NCBI GenBank assembly: GCA_964475655.1
Contig: CAYYXE010000001.1
Location: forward strand, 5,435 to 69,434
Direction of reading: 5' to 3'
Source: an uncultured Candidatus Saccharibacteria bacterium
GTDB taxonomy: Bacteria; Patescibacteriota; Minisyncoccia; Phycocordibacterales; UBA9973
DNA length: 64,000 bases
Each line of letters begins with the position of its first letter. The first letter of the stretch is position 1. The position numbers and the translations under genes were made by a program. The notes beneath the pieces are model-generated. The model was not told the DNA's origin and ran no database searches. It saw nothing but the letters and a program-made list of their open reading frames with translations. Shown here in pieces: positions 18,431 to 27,676 of this stretch.

Positions 18431-18503
18431 GTACAATACTGTGGATAACGTGCTGTGTATAAAAAATCTTTAAATATAAGCGTATTTTCGATATACTTGA
18501 TCT

Positions 18504-19358
18504 ATGAAATCTCTGGTCCAAGAAACACTCCAACATTGGCGCACTCACAATGCGCCGCGTATGGGAGCCGCACTCTCCTACTACGCGATGCTCTCCTTTG
18601 TCCCACTTCTCCTTCTCCTTGTGACGTTTGCAAGCTCGCTCTTTAGCAAGGATCTCGTCCAAGGTACGCTCGTATCTGAGCTCAGCAAGATCTTGGGTAC
18701 GGATGCAGCGCATTATATCGGAGAGATCCTTCGCAGTCGATCAATCCAGGGCATTACCCTCGCAACAACAATCATCACTGCTGCAGTGACTCTCTTTGGT
18801 GCAATGGGAGTATTTGCAGAGCTTGATCAAGACTTTGATGCACTGTGGGATACGCCCAAGGCTCGCAAAGTACACACGACCTTTATCACAACTGTATGGG
18901 CATATGCACACCGCAAACTCATTGCGTTTTCGTTTGTACCACTTCTTGTACTTGTCCTGCTCGTGATCATCGGCGTAACGGTATTCTTTGGGGCGATAGA
19001 GCGTGTCGTTGCCTTTCCTGACTCAGTGACACTCGTCGTGCAGATAGTGCAAGTGGTTGCACCGCTCGTGCTCGGCACCGCACTCTTTGCGACTATCTAC
19101 CGCATCTTGCCCAACCGCAAGCTTCCCTGGTGCGTGCTGCTGCTCGGAGCGCTTGCCACCACGGTACTCTTTGTGATCGGCAATTTCCTCATACTCGAGT
19201 ACATCAAGCTCCTCGTGCACACCGACGTCTTTGGGGGCGCAGCGTCACTTGTGGGACTTCTGGTATGGGTGTACTACTCTTCGCAGGTATTTTTTATCGG
19301 TGCGTCATTTACGTATGTGTATGCGCGGCATGAAGGATTTATTCCTTCAGGTGACTGA
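18504..19358 (+). CDS. YihY/BrkB family membrane protein
   Basis: GAALSYYAMLSFVPL, IYRILP and FGGAASLVGLLVWVYYS motifs. Confidence 0.9.
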   Translation: MKSLVQETLQHWRTHNAPRMGAALSYYAMLSFVPLLLLLVTFASSLFSKDLVQGTLVSELSKILGTDAAHYIGEILRSRSIQGITLATTIITAAVTLFGAMGVFAELDQDFDALWDTPKARKVHTTFITTVWAYAHRKLIAFSFVPLLVLVLLVIIGVTVFFGAIERVVAFPDSVTLVVQIVQVVAPLVLGTALFATIYRILPNRKLPWCVLLLGALATTVLFVIGNFLILEYIKLLVHTDVFGGAASLVGLLVWVYYSSQVFFIGASFTYVYARHEGFIPSGD

Positions 19359-20475
19359 GCGCGATCTTGATTGCTTCGGTCGCGATCTTGCGGGCTGCAT
19401 CGGGTGTGGCAAAGGCCTTGGCATGAGAAGACATGGCGTCGTATCGGTCTTTGTTTTCGAGAATTGATTCTAGTTCGTTGAGCAGCACTGATGGCGTGAG
19501 ATTTGCTTCTTCGATCACGACACAGGCACCGGTACGCGCGTAGTGGTACGCATTTTTGCGCTGGTGATCGCCATGTGCGTGTACATAGGGCACGAGGATA
19601 CTCGGCTTGCCCCATGATGCGATCTCAAAGAGTGATGAGCCTGCACGCGATACGACGATGTCGACTGCGCCGCCAAACATTTTGGTCTGGACGTCGTTGA
19701 GGAAAGTAAATGCCTTGTAGCGGCTACGCTTGGTATTGTCGCCAAGCGCGATCCGGACTTCGGTCGTTACATCATCAAAGTCTGCGGCACCAGTCTGGTG
19801 AAGTACCTGATATTTTTGTATAAGATGCGGCACGATCGATACGACTGCGTCATTGATACCTTTTGCGCCTTGTGAGCCGCCCCAGATGCCGATGGTCCGT
19901 AGCCCAGTGTCAGGAAGTTCAAAGAATTCCTCTGCACCGTCCTTTACAGGATGAAGGAGGTTGCGGCGAATGGGCTGCCCCGTCACTGCTACCTTACTCT
20001 TATCAAAGTACTCCGCAGCTTCGGGAAACGACAGTGCAACTTTCTTGGCAAACTTGCCAGACCATTTGCTTACGCGTCCGGGTACAGTGTCTGACTCATG
20101 GATAATCACAGGGATGCGCAATATTCGCGCAGCAAAGAGTACAGGGAACGCCACATAACCACCCTTACTGATGATCACATCTGGATAAAGCTTAAATACT
20201 TTGCGGATTGCACCGATCGTGCCAAAGAGTGTCTTGAAGATATCGACAAAGTTCTTGAACGAAAAGTACACACGGAGCTTGCCGGCAGTGATCGGGATAA
20301 AGGTGATGAATTGATCTTCAAACAGTTGCGGATCAAGCGACATCTTGTCTGCCATGTAGTACAGTTTCATGTCGGGAATGCGTTCTTCGTCGGCAATGTG
20401 GTTGAGCTCTTCGGCAATGGCCACCAGCGGATAAATATGCCCGCCAGTCCCCCCGCCTGTTAATAGGATTTTCAT
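19339..20475 (-). CDS. murG: Undecaprenyl-PP-MurNAc-pentapeptide GlcNAc transferase
   Basis: GGGTGGHIYP, KGGYV, GGSQGA, SRAG and HQRKNA motifs. Confidence 0.96.
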   Translation of the reverse strand: MKILLTGGGTGGHIYPLVAIAEELNHIADEERIPDMKLYYMADKMSLDPQLFEDQFITFIPITAGKLRVYFSFKNFVDIFKTLFGTIGAIRKVFKLYPDVIISKGGYVAFPVLFAARILRIPVIIHESDTVPGRVSKWSGKFAKKVALSFPEAAEYFDKSKVAVTGQPIRRNLLHPVKDGAEEFFELPDTGLRTIGIWGGSQGAKGINDAVVSIVPHLIQKYQVLHQTGAADFDDVTTEVRIALGDNTKRSRYKAFTFLNDVQTKMFGGAVDIVVSRAGSSLFEIASWGKPSILVPYVHAHGDHQRKNAYHYARTGACVVIEEANLTPSVLLNELESILENKDRYDAMSSHAKAFATPDAARKIATEAIKIALSHLKE

Positions 20476-20521
20476 ATAGTGAGTACAGTATAGCGATTTT
20501 GGAGCGAGCGGACAATGAATA

Positions 20522-20550
20522 TTGACAATTAATTTAAGTCATGTTAATAT
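20522..20550 (+). promoter_or_regulatory. Sigma70-type promoter of alpha-CTD cassette
   Basis: TTGACA-17-TAATAT with extended TG. Confidence 0.75.
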
Positions 20551-20567
20551 ATTAAAAATTTACAATA

Positions 20568-20975
20568 ATGAAAATACGAACAATAACTACTGAAGCAGAA
20601 ATGAGTCTTGAACAACTAACTGCTGTTTTAAGACATGCTGGATTGTTGGTTAGAAATCAAGTAATCCACGAAATCAGCAGAGATTTAAATGGAATCCGAT
20701 TCACAATTACTGAGCAGGTTGATCAAGAATTTACAACATCCGGCCGAGTATTTACTGAAAAAGAAGAAAAAATTATTTGCAGTAAATCACTCGAGGATTT
20801 AAATCTTAGTGTGAGAGCGTTTAATTGCCTAAAAGCTTCCAAGATAAATTCTTTAAGACAACTTCTGGATTATTCAGAGGAAGACTTAACAAAATTTCGA
20901 AATTTTGGAATGAAATCTATTTCAGAAATTAAAGAAGTTCTTACCAAGCTAGGGTTAAGCCTCAATTCTAATTGA
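20568..20975 (+). CDS. Stand-alone RNA polymerase alpha-CTD domain protein (AT-rich cassette)
   Basis: LEDLNLSVRAFNCLK...DLTKFRNFGMKSISEIKEVLTKLGLSL; no alpha-NTD. Confidence 0.88.
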   Translation: MKIRTITTEAEMSLEQLTAVLRHAGLLVRNQVIHEISRDLNGIRFTITEQVDQEFTTSGRVFTEKEEKIICSKSLEDLNLSVRAFNCLKASKINSLRQLLDYSEEDLTKFRNFGMKSISEIKEVLTKLGLSLNSN

Positions 20976-20986
20976 AAAAACTTTCA

Positions 20987-21024
20987 AACCACTTTACTTT
21001 TAAATAAGTCGAGTGGTTTTTTTT
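20987..21024 (+). terminator. Intrinsic terminator
   Basis: AACCACTT...GAGTGGTT followed by T-tract. Confidence 0.7.
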
Positions 21025-21040
21025 ATTATCCATCTTTGGG

Positions 21041-21196
21041 AGCAAAACCCTCGCCTTCAGGCGATCCCTTCAGGATATTGTGGTTTGTGAGTGTCGTTCG
21101 AAAAAGAATGTCTCTAGACACTAAGTCACTCTTTGTGACTATACTTCGCACTTCAGTGCAAAACTGAAACTTCCGTCTTTAGACGGAAGTGGTTCA
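21041..21196 (+). mobile_element. Non-autonomous IS200/IS605-like remnant (PATE/MITE-like)
   Basis: Left hairpin TCGCC-TTCA-GGCGA; right end ACTTCCGTC-TTTA-GACGGAAGT-GGTTCA resembles IS605/IS1341 right ends; no ORF. Confidence 0.55.
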
Positions 21197-22315
21197 TTTC
21201 TCCCCTCTTTGAAACCTCGACACATTGAGTACTATTCCCACCATAAAGAGCGCGATAAAGAGCGAGGTGCCACCGTGGGAGATGAAGACGAGCGGGACAC
21301 CAGTGAGTGGGAAAAGGCCGACGAGAGATGCGATATTGAGAAATGACTGCGCGACGATCAGCGTCACGATGCCGACTACTAAGTACTGCCCAAACTTATC
21401 CGGCGCAAGGATCGCGATCTTGTAGCCGCGAATGGCAAAGAAGACATAGAGGACGACGAGTATCGCACTTCCGATAAAGCCAAATTCTTCGCCTATCACC
21501 GCAAACACTGAGTCACCTTGGGGTTCGGGGAGGTAGTTAAATTTCTGCACGCTTTGCCCCAGTCCGCGCCCAAAGACACCTCCAGAGCCGATGGCAATGA
21601 GTGATTGTTGGAGTTGGTACGACGAGCCACGGGGGTCTGATGCGGGGTTGAGGAACGTTTTGGCGCGTTCCATGAGATACGGTCGGACAAATGCAAGCGC
21701 AATGATGCCAAGCGCACCGATGCCTGCAATCATCGCGATCTTTTTCCATGATACACCTGAGACAAACAGCATGCCACACGCTGCGCACGTGATGAGGACG
21801 AGGCTTTTGGTGTCCGGCTGCTTCAGCAAAATGACGGAGACGATGCCGAGGAGCACGACGAGCGGAATGATCTTGAACTTGATGTCCTGTTGCTTCTTTT
21901 GGGTCCAGGCAAGCCAGGTCGCAAAGTAGATGACGAAGCCGATCTTGAGGATTTCTGCCGGCTGGAATGATACCGGACCGATCGAGATCCACCGCTGTGC
22001 GCCGCCGTGGCTAAATCCGAGTGCCGGCACAAAGACAAGTATGGTGAGGATGAGGCTTGCGAGAAAGAGATAGAAGGCATTCTTCTTCCAAAAGGTATAT
22101 GGAATGCGCATCGCAAGCCACAATCCCCCAAAGCCCCCCACAAGTCCGAGCACGAGCTGGTTGAAGAGCACGCCATAAAACTTCCCTTCGCTCTTGGCAT
22201 AGATGCCCAGACTTGCCGAGACAAACGAAAAGAGTCCGATCACTGCAATCAAAATCACGATACTGAGGAAGTATCGATCAAATGGCTTTTGAGGTTTTTT
22301 GAGCGCTTGCAACAT
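21194..22315 (-). CDS. ftsW: SEDS peptidoglycan polymerase FtsW
   Basis: GAQRWI, FQPAE, QPD, LPEPQGD and GVPLVFISHGGTS; follows mraY. Confidence 0.92.
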   Translation of the reverse strand: MLQALKKPQKPFDRYFLSIVILIAVIGLFSFVSASLGIYAKSEGKFYGVLFNQLVLGLVGGFGGLWLAMRIPYTFWKKNAFYLFLASLILTILVFVPALGFSHGGAQRWISIGPVSFQPAEILKIGFVIYFATWLAWTQKKQQDIKFKIIPLVVLLGIVSVILLKQPDTKSLVLITCAACGMLFVSGVSWKKIAMIAGIGALGIIALAFVRPYLMERAKTFLNPASDPRGSSYQLQQSLIAIGSGGVFGRGLGQSVQKFNYLPEPQGDSVFAVIGEEFGFIGSAILVVLYVFFAIRGYKIAILAPDKFGQYLVVGIVTLIVAQSFLNIASLVGLFPLTGVPLVFISHGGTSLFIALFMVGIVLNVSRFQRGEK

Positions 22316-22327
22316 TTGTATGGTGTC

Positions 22328-23383
22328 TTATCGACTAATGAATGTTATCACGACACCAAGGAGGGCGCAGATGATGGAGACGACCCAGTAGCGCATGACG
22401 ACCTTTTCGCGCGACCAGCCGAGCGCATGAAAGTGATGGTGTAGTGGTGCGATCCGGAAGACGCGCCGTTTGCCAAAGTATTTGTAGCTCGTGATCTGGA
22501 TGATGTTTGAGGCAACAGTAGCTACGAGCGGTAGTGCAATCAGCGGCAAGATAAGGACGGTGTCTGTGAGAAATGCGATCACCGTGAGTACGACCGTGAG
22601 ACCCAGGATGCCTGTCTCTCCCATATAAAACCGCGCGGGTGGGATGTTGAACCACAGAAATGCCAGGATGGAGCCTGCGAGCACACCAGAGAGTGCGGCG
22701 ATGTCGATCTGGTTTTGACCGAATGCGATGATCGAGTATGCTGCAAAGATCACGGCAAAGACGCCGCCGGCCAGGCCATCCATGCCATCGATCACTGAGC
22801 TCGAAAAGACGGCAAGGAGTACTGTGACAAAAAACGGCACAAACATCACCCCGAGATAGAGTGGTGTGGTACTAAACGGCACACTCACCGCATTTACCCC
22901 AAGTTTGGTATAAAACCACGCGCCCACGAGTGCGCCGATGGCAATGACGATGAGTATCTTGATGTATCGGTGCGAAATGCGCTCAACGACGCCTTTGATC
23001 TGCGCCATATCGTCTACGAATCCGATGAGTGCACCCACGACGAGTGCGGCAAGCGGCACGAGCGTCTGGCTACGGCTATAAAAGTCGAGCTTGGCAGTGA
23101 GCTCTGATGGTACGACTTTTGAGACCAGCCAGATAAGTCCGATACACAACAATGTCGAAAGCCAGATGATGATCCCGCCGACGCGTGGAGTCGAGATTTC
23201 TGCGTCGGTGTTTTGGATCTTTTTGAAGTCGTCGTTGGTGATCTCGGCATCCTCCACCCGCTTCTTTTTGCGCCAGAGCTTGTGCGCGTACATGTACGTG
23301 GTGAGGCGTGGGGTGAGCGCAATGCCGATCAAAAAGGCAAGGGTCGTGGGCAAGAAGATTTTGATGACGTTTGCAATAATCAT
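22328..23383 (-). CDS. mraY: Phospho-MurNAc-pentapeptide transferase
   Basis: TPRVGG, GFVDD, DGMDGLA, FYMGETG and APLHHHF motifs. Confidence 0.95.
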   Translation of the reverse strand: MIIANVIKIFLPTTLAFLIGIALTPRLTTYMYAHKLWRKKKRVEDAEITNDDFKKIQNTDAEISTPRVGGIIIWLSTLLCIGLIWLVSKVVPSELTAKLDFYSRSQTLVPLAALVVGALIGFVDDMAQIKGVVERISHRYIKILIVIAIGALVGAWFYTKLGVNAVSVPFSTTPLYLGVMFVPFFVTVLLAVFSSSVIDGMDGLAGGVFAVIFAAYSIIAFGQNQIDIAALSGVLAGSILAFLWFNIPPARFYMGETGILGLTVVLTVIAFLTDTVLILPLIALPLVATVASNIIQITSYKYFGKRRVFRIAPLHHHFHALGWSREKVVMRYWVVSIICALLGVVITFISR

Positions 23384-23384
23384 G

Positions 23385-23924
23385 TTATTCGGCGTTGGCT
23401 TCTACACCATTGAGGAGCCCATCGATCTTGGCTTTGGTGGCTGCGTAGTCCGGAAGTTGGGTGAGGTCGGTGATACCGAAGTGTTGCAAGAGCTCGAGTG
23501 TTGGATAGTACCCCACTGCTCTTCCCTGCCCCTTCGACTCTATAAGTCCACGCATCGACAGTGCTCGAAGCGAGTATGAGACATTCACCCCGCGGATGAA
23601 TTCTATCTGGCTTTTGCTGACCCCGGGCGCGTATGCGATCACCGCAAGGGTCTCCGCCGAGGCCTTGGTGAGCTCTTTTGACAATTCTTCTTTGCGGATG
23701 CTTTCAATCAAACTGCTATATTCAGGTTTGGTTGCGAGTGTTGCCACTTCATTAAGTACCATAAGTGTCATGCCATGCCCTCCAAGCGACTTCGCAAGCT
23801 CGTCTACTGCACCAGAGACCTCTTCGATCGAAGCATTGAGCAGCTTGCCAAGCTCGGCAAAGGTATGTGGCTCTGCAGTGGCAAAGAGGATTGCTTCGAT
23901 TTGTTGAGAAAGGTTTGACTGCAT
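23385..23924 (-). CDS. scpB: Segregation/condensation protein B
   Basis: IEAILFA, ETLAVIAY and IRGVN motifs. Confidence 0.93.
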   Translation of the reverse strand: MQSNLSQQIEAILFATAEPHTFAELGKLLNASIEEVSGAVDELAKSLGGHGMTLMVLNEVATLATKPEYSSLIESIRKEELSKELTKASAETLAVIAYAPGVSKSQIEFIRGVNVSYSLRALSMRGLIESKGQGRAVGYYPTLELLQHFGITDLTQLPDYAATKAKIDGLLNGVEANAE

Positions 23925-23926
23925 AA

Positions 23927-24676
23927 TTACTCGGTAGATTGGGCGCGCTCAAGTGCAATGTCGCCAAACTGGTCGCTTTGTTCAGCTTGCACCAGTCCGC
24001 GTCTGACAAGCTCTAGCATACCAAGAAACGACACGATCGTATAGACTTTTTGGGCCTTGTCGTCTCCGTCAGGTGCGTGGACGCGCAGGCTGTTGAATGA
24101 CCCACTTGTCATCTTATTTATTCTTTCTATAAGAGTATCGATGACCTCTCCGATCGATATGGTCACCGTCACGCGAGCCTCAGGCTTCACAGGCGTAGGT
24201 GGCGGGATGCGTCCGATGATCGATGCGATAAGGTGCGGAAGTTGCTCTACGGTAAGTGAGGGATCTGGTGCAAAGATGACCCCAGTCTTTTGTGGCTTCC
24301 CTTCAAACGACACTTTCTTGCCGTATTGCTTGATGAGGTCGTTGGATACATGCGAGATGATCTGATAGAGCGCGAGGCGGCGTTCGAGGTCGGTGATGGA
24401 CTCGGATTCTTCGGCAGTGAGCTCGAGATTTGGCAACAATGAGCGCGCCTTTATCAGGATAAGTGTCGCTGCAACTGCAAGGAAATTTGCAACCAGATCC
24501 GGGTGCATGCCCTTGCTTTGTATAAAAGAAATGAAGTCATCAGTGACCGACGCGAGCGAGACGTCGTTGACAAAGAGCTTTCGCTTCTCGATAAGCTCAA
24601 GCAGTACCTCGATTGGTCCTTCGAAGGCGTCGTGTTTGACTTGAAATTGCGCTGCAAGATCGCTCTGGGTTTCCAT
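23927..24676 (-). CDS. scpA: Segregation/condensation protein A
   Basis: FEGPIEVLL, AATLILIKARSLLP and FLGMLELVR...Q.DQFGDI motifs. Confidence 0.93.
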   Translation of the reverse strand: METQSDLAAQFQVKHDAFEGPIEVLLELIEKRKLFVNDVSLASVTDDFISFIQSKGMHPDLVANFLAVAATLILIKARSLLPNLELTAEESESITDLERRLALYQIISHVSNDLIKQYGKKVSFEGKPQKTGVIFAPDPSLTVEQLPHLIASIIGRIPPPTPVKPEARVTVTISIGEVIDTLIERINKMTSGSFNSLRVHAPDGDDKAQKVYTIVSFLGMLELVRRGLVQAEQSDQFGDIALERAQSTE

Positions 24677-24711
24677 TGGGATAAGTATAGCAAAAAGCCC
24701 GTCCGAAGGGC

Positions 24712-24954
24712 CTAGTGTGCGAGTTTGATCTTGAGATCTTTTTCAAATGCAGTGTCGATAATCCGTACTTTGTCTTCTAGATTAGCAATGCGGTTCTCAT
24801 GATTGTTAGAAAGTTTATTGAGTTCTTCGTGTACTCGGTCAAACTCGTTTTTGGTAGATTGAGCCAAGGTATCAACTGATACCGAGAGGTCTGCGATCAT
24901 GCGTGCAAGATCAGCATTAGTCACCTCTGTAGTTGTAGGCTTTTGGTCGCTCAT
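24712..24954 (-). CDS. Small coiled-coil hypothetical protein
   Basis: MSDQK start with TATACT box just upstream; the longer upstream frame is probably not translated. Confidence 0.7.
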   Translation of the reverse strand: MSDQKPTTTEVTNADLARMIADLSVSVDTLAQSTKNEFDRVHEELNKLSNNHENRIANLEDKVRIIDTAFEKDLKIKLAH

Positions 24955-25493
24955 GAAGCTATAGTATACCCGCGTCATACTGTCGCGCAACTGTATATAA
25001 AAGATGGAGCCCCTACATTGGTATGAGGGGCTTGGCGATGTGTACAGAGTACACGGGACGATGTTGAATTGTGATAAAGGTAAAGAAATGAAAGAACAAG
25101 GATAAGAAATAAGGGCAAAATGAATCGCGAATGATGGAGAAAGAGGTAGAAGGTATAGACAAATATTTGTATATACCACCCGCCTGCAAAAGCTATGCGT
25201 TAGCATTGCGGGCAGGGAGAAAAGAAAAGCTTCGCTGGCGTCGGATGTATAGAGATACTCCGAATGGTTCATTTATGAAGCACGCCGGTTTGAGACCTAA
25301 ATGGTGGTGTGTACAAAGTGATATAGAAATATCGAACCCTGTACCCTCAAAATAGTGTGTTCAATGGCCCTTGGCAAAGAACTAATGGAAGCAGAGAAAC
25401 TACCTACTTCCATCTTAGAGACGAAATACTTCCCTTTTTATTACATATTGACAAATTCAAATTTGAAAGTACTATATAATAAAACTTAGATTT

Positions 25494-25799
25494 ATGTATA
25501 TGTTCTTTATGTTCAGATTTGTATACAGAGTCATTATTCCAATCATCATTACATGTGTAACCGCAATTGAATTTTTCGATAAAAGAGCTACTACAGATAT
25601 TACAAAATATCCTGTTTTGGGTGAAAAAACTTTTGTATTATTTGTATTTATGACATTTTGGTCATGGATTCAAATGTCTATACTCAGTGATGAGGGTCAA
25701 GACGATAGAGTAAGAGCTCGCAATATAATAAAACTCATTTATTTTGTGGGCCTTATCGCAATGATTGTTGTTTGGAAAAATAATTTGTATATGTACTAA
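25494..25799 (+). CDS. Hypothetical 3-TM membrane protein (AT-rich cassette)
   Basis: Three hydrophobic segments; TTGACA(25448)-16-TACTAT; terminator 25798-25829. Confidence 0.65.
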   Translation: MYMFFMFRFVYRVIIPIIITCVTAIEFFDKRATTDITKYPVLGEKTFVLFVFMTFWSWIQMSILSDEGQDDRVRARNIIKLIYFVGLIAMIVVWKNNLYMY

Positions 25800-25827
25800 A
25801 ATCCCCCGTTTTGGACGGAGGATTTTT

Positions 25828-27264
25828 TTATTTCTTCTCTACTTTTTTGAGCACGATGTTGAGCTCGTCGAGTTGTTTTTGGGAGACTTCGCTTGGTGCG
25901 TGCATCATAGGGTCCTTCCCTTCTCCAGTTTTCGGGAATGCCATGACTTCGCGGATGTTGGGTTCGTCAAGGAGAAGCATCATGAGGCGGTCAAATCCCC
26001 ATGCGATGCCTCCGTGTGGAGGGGTGCCGGTCTTAAACGCCGTGAGCATGTGAGAGAAGTTTGCCTCAATGTCTTCCATACTATGACCGAGGATTTCAAA
26101 TACCTTTGCGAGTGCGTCATAGGTGTGATTGCGGATTGATCCCCCGCCGATCTCGTAGCCGTTGAGCACGATGTCGTACTGAGTCGTGAGGATAGATCCG
26201 ATATCTTTTTTGTTCATGAGGTTGTCCATATGCTCAGGGATGGGGCGAGAAAACGGGTTGTGTGTGTAGGTCCATGAACCAGTTGCATCAGGATTGTCAG
26301 ACTTACTGGTCTCTTCAAAAAATGGGAAATCTACTACCCAACAAAATGCGAGCGTGTTGGGATCGTTTTTGTCTTGACGAATGTCTGGTCGGTCAGTACC
26401 GTACTTGCTCATGGCATCGGCATATGAAATGCGTGGGAATGGGATTTGCTGGATCTTCTTTTCTGGGAAAAACTTCTGCACGATGTCGATCAGGAGCTTT
26501 TCGTTGACGTTCATCACATCATCACGGTCGACAAAGGAGAGTTCCATATCGAGCTGGGTGAACTCTGGCTGGCGATCACCGCGTCCGTCTTCGTCGCGCA
26601 TGCACTTGGCAAATTGGAAGTATCGTTCCACACCTGCGCTCATCAGGAGCTGCTTGTACTGCTGCGGAGACTGCGGGAGTGCATAAAACGTGCCTGGGTA
26701 GAGACGTGCAGGGACGATGTAGTCACGCGCACCTTCCGGAGTAGACTTGGTAAGGATGGGCGTTTCTACTTCGATAAATTTCTCTGCATGGAGTGCATTG
26801 CGCAAATGCTGTACTACGGTGTCGCGCATGCGCATGTTGCGTTGCATGCGAGCACTTCTGAGGTCAAGGTAGCGGTGTGCAAGGCGTACTTCTTCGCTCA
26901 CTTCTCGTGTGTCGACGTTGATCTCAAATGGAAGCGGCTCGGCGTAGTTGAGGATTTCGATACCAGTCACTTCAAGCTCGATGTCGCCGTTTTGTTTGTC
27001 AGCTTGCACATTGCGTTCGGGGCGCTTGTTCACGATGCCTTCTACTCGCACTACGGTCTCAGGACGCGCAGTCTTGGCTATCTCGATCACCTCAGGACGA
27101 TTGGGCAGCACGACGCCTTGAATGTAGCCAGTCATATCTCGGAAGTCAAAAAAGACCATTTTGCCCTGGTCGCGGCGGACGTCGATCCATCCTTTGATCA
27201 CTACTGTCTCCCCTGCTTTCGCTCCCAAATCGCTAATATATGTGCGCTCCATAGTGCTTTCCAT
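25828..27264 (-). CDS. aspS: Aspartate-tRNA ligase (lacking GAD insertion)
   Basis: TPEGARDY, YALPQSPQQYKQLLM, DRQPEFTQLD and PPHGGIAWGFDR motifs. Confidence 0.95.
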   Translation of the reverse strand: MESTMERTYISDLGAKAGETVVIKGWIDVRRDQGKMVFFDFRDMTGYIQGVVLPNRPEVIEIAKTARPETVVRVEGIVNKRPERNVQADKQNGDIELEVTGIEILNYAEPLPFEINVDTREVSEEVRLAHRYLDLRSARMQRNMRMRDTVVQHLRNALHAEKFIEVETPILTKSTPEGARDYIVPARLYPGTFYALPQSPQQYKQLLMSAGVERYFQFAKCMRDEDGRGDRQPEFTQLDMELSFVDRDDVMNVNEKLLIDIVQKFFPEKKIQQIPFPRISYADAMSKYGTDRPDIRQDKNDPNTLAFCWVVDFPFFEETSKSDNPDATGSWTYTHNPFSRPIPEHMDNLMNKKDIGSILTTQYDIVLNGYEIGGGSIRNHTYDALAKVFEILGHSMEDIEANFSHMLTAFKTGTPPHGGIAWGFDRLMMLLLDEPNIREVMAFPKTGEGKDPMMHAPSEVSQKQLDELNIVLKKVEKK

Positions 27265-27356
27265 AGTTTTTGCATTGTGCCATAAAATGAGGAATAAAAA
27301 AAGCCCCGCGGGATATCGGGGCCTAACTACTGATGAATCAGTGGTTTGTAATGTTT

Positions 27357-27599
27357 TTACGCAATTTCTATTCGCCAAAATACCAAAATGCTTTTTACAA
27401 TAGCAATAAATTGTTTTGATGCACATTCTCTTTTTTCTTTGAAATGTGCAAAGTAAGATTCTTTTGCTATCGAAAGATTAGTTATATTTTTGGGGATCGA
27501 AACGTGCTCTCCTTCTGTTTGTGCTTTTTGGAGATCACGTATGGGGACACCGGTGGCGAGGTTGATGTCAGAGAGATTAAGATTTTGGAGTATGTTCAT
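27357..27599 (-). CDS. Small hypothetical protein (AT-rich cassette)
   Basis: 80-aa ORF from MNILQ; promoter TTGACA(27647-42)-16-TAATAT(27625-20); terminator 27298-27324. Confidence 0.55.
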   Translation of the reverse strand: MNILQNLNLSDINLATGVPIRDLQKAQTEGEHVSIPKNITNLSIAKESYFAHFKEKRECASKQFIAIVKSILVFWRIEIA

Positions 27600-27676
27600 A
27601 AAGAGTTGGTTTTTTAAAAATATTACCACCCGTACATTTTTTGTCAAAAAACCCGGGACTGTGTCCCGGGGATACT

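Noticed and set aside
18440-18448. oriC, prompted by a perfect DnaA box
   Set aside because: Single box with no cluster, and no dnaA or dnaN nearby
24955-25355. N-terminal extension of 24712-25272 and the 74-aa plus-strand ORF
   Set aside because: A -10 box sits directly before MSDQK at 24954; the extension looks like low-complexity read-through of the purine tract
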